Assembly (NCBI GenBank): GCA_026770705.1
Contig: JANJGN010000159.1
Location: 992,001-1,056,000, forward strand
Reading direction: 5' to 3'
DNA: 64,000 bases
DNA from: Isurus oxyrinchus
Taxonomy: Eukaryota
Below, piece by piece: positions 63,938-64,000 of this stretch. The position numbers and the translations under genes are program-made. The notes below the pieces were generated by a model. It made no database searches, was not told the DNA's origin, and saw nothing but the letters and a program-made list of their open reading frames with translations. Positions within the stretch are counted from its first letter, which is position 1, and the number at the start of each line of letters is the position of its first letter.

Positions 63938-64000
63938 CAAAATACTGCGGATGCTGAAAATCCGAGATTAAAAACAGAATATGTTGGAAATACTCGGCAG
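63938..64000 (-). mobile_element. Penelope pLTR end, runs off the window
   Basis: aaatactgcggatgctg...aaaacagaatatgttggaaatactc is the reverse complement of the pLTR 3' end. Confidence 0.6.

Noticed and set aside
1-64000. Prokaryotic systems (operons, CRISPR arrays, phage or defence genes)
   Set aside because: The sequence is vertebrate intronic DNA, with no regularly spaced repeat-spacer array and no compact gene organisation.

Overview
Eukaryotic, repeat-dense vertebrate DNA. The repeat set (HER1/CR1-type LINEs, SacSINE1/AmnSINE1-like Deu-SINEs, tRNA-SINEs, Penelope pLTRs) points to a cartilaginous fish, probably a shark. There are no prokaryotic features. The window looks like the 3' part of a large + strand host gene: a 238-nt coding exon (7039-7276) and a phase-compatible terminal coding exon (54457-54543) ending in a class I PDZ-type motif (-ETFL*), about 47 kb apart. 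I could not identify the gene. The rest is nested, mostly decayed transposons. The main points of interest are: (i) a PIF/Harbinger ensemble with two Myb/SANT-only elements, one HARBI1-like transposase-bearing fragment and several MITEs, all with related TIRs but varied, non-TAA/TTA 3-bp TSDs; (ii) Penelope pLTR insertions with inverted ends, 12-14 bp TSDs and decayed minimal hammerhead-ribozyme motifs; (iii) two solo LTRs with exact 4-bp TSDs. Boundaries of old SINE/LINE fragments are approximate, and family names come from recall rather than database searches.
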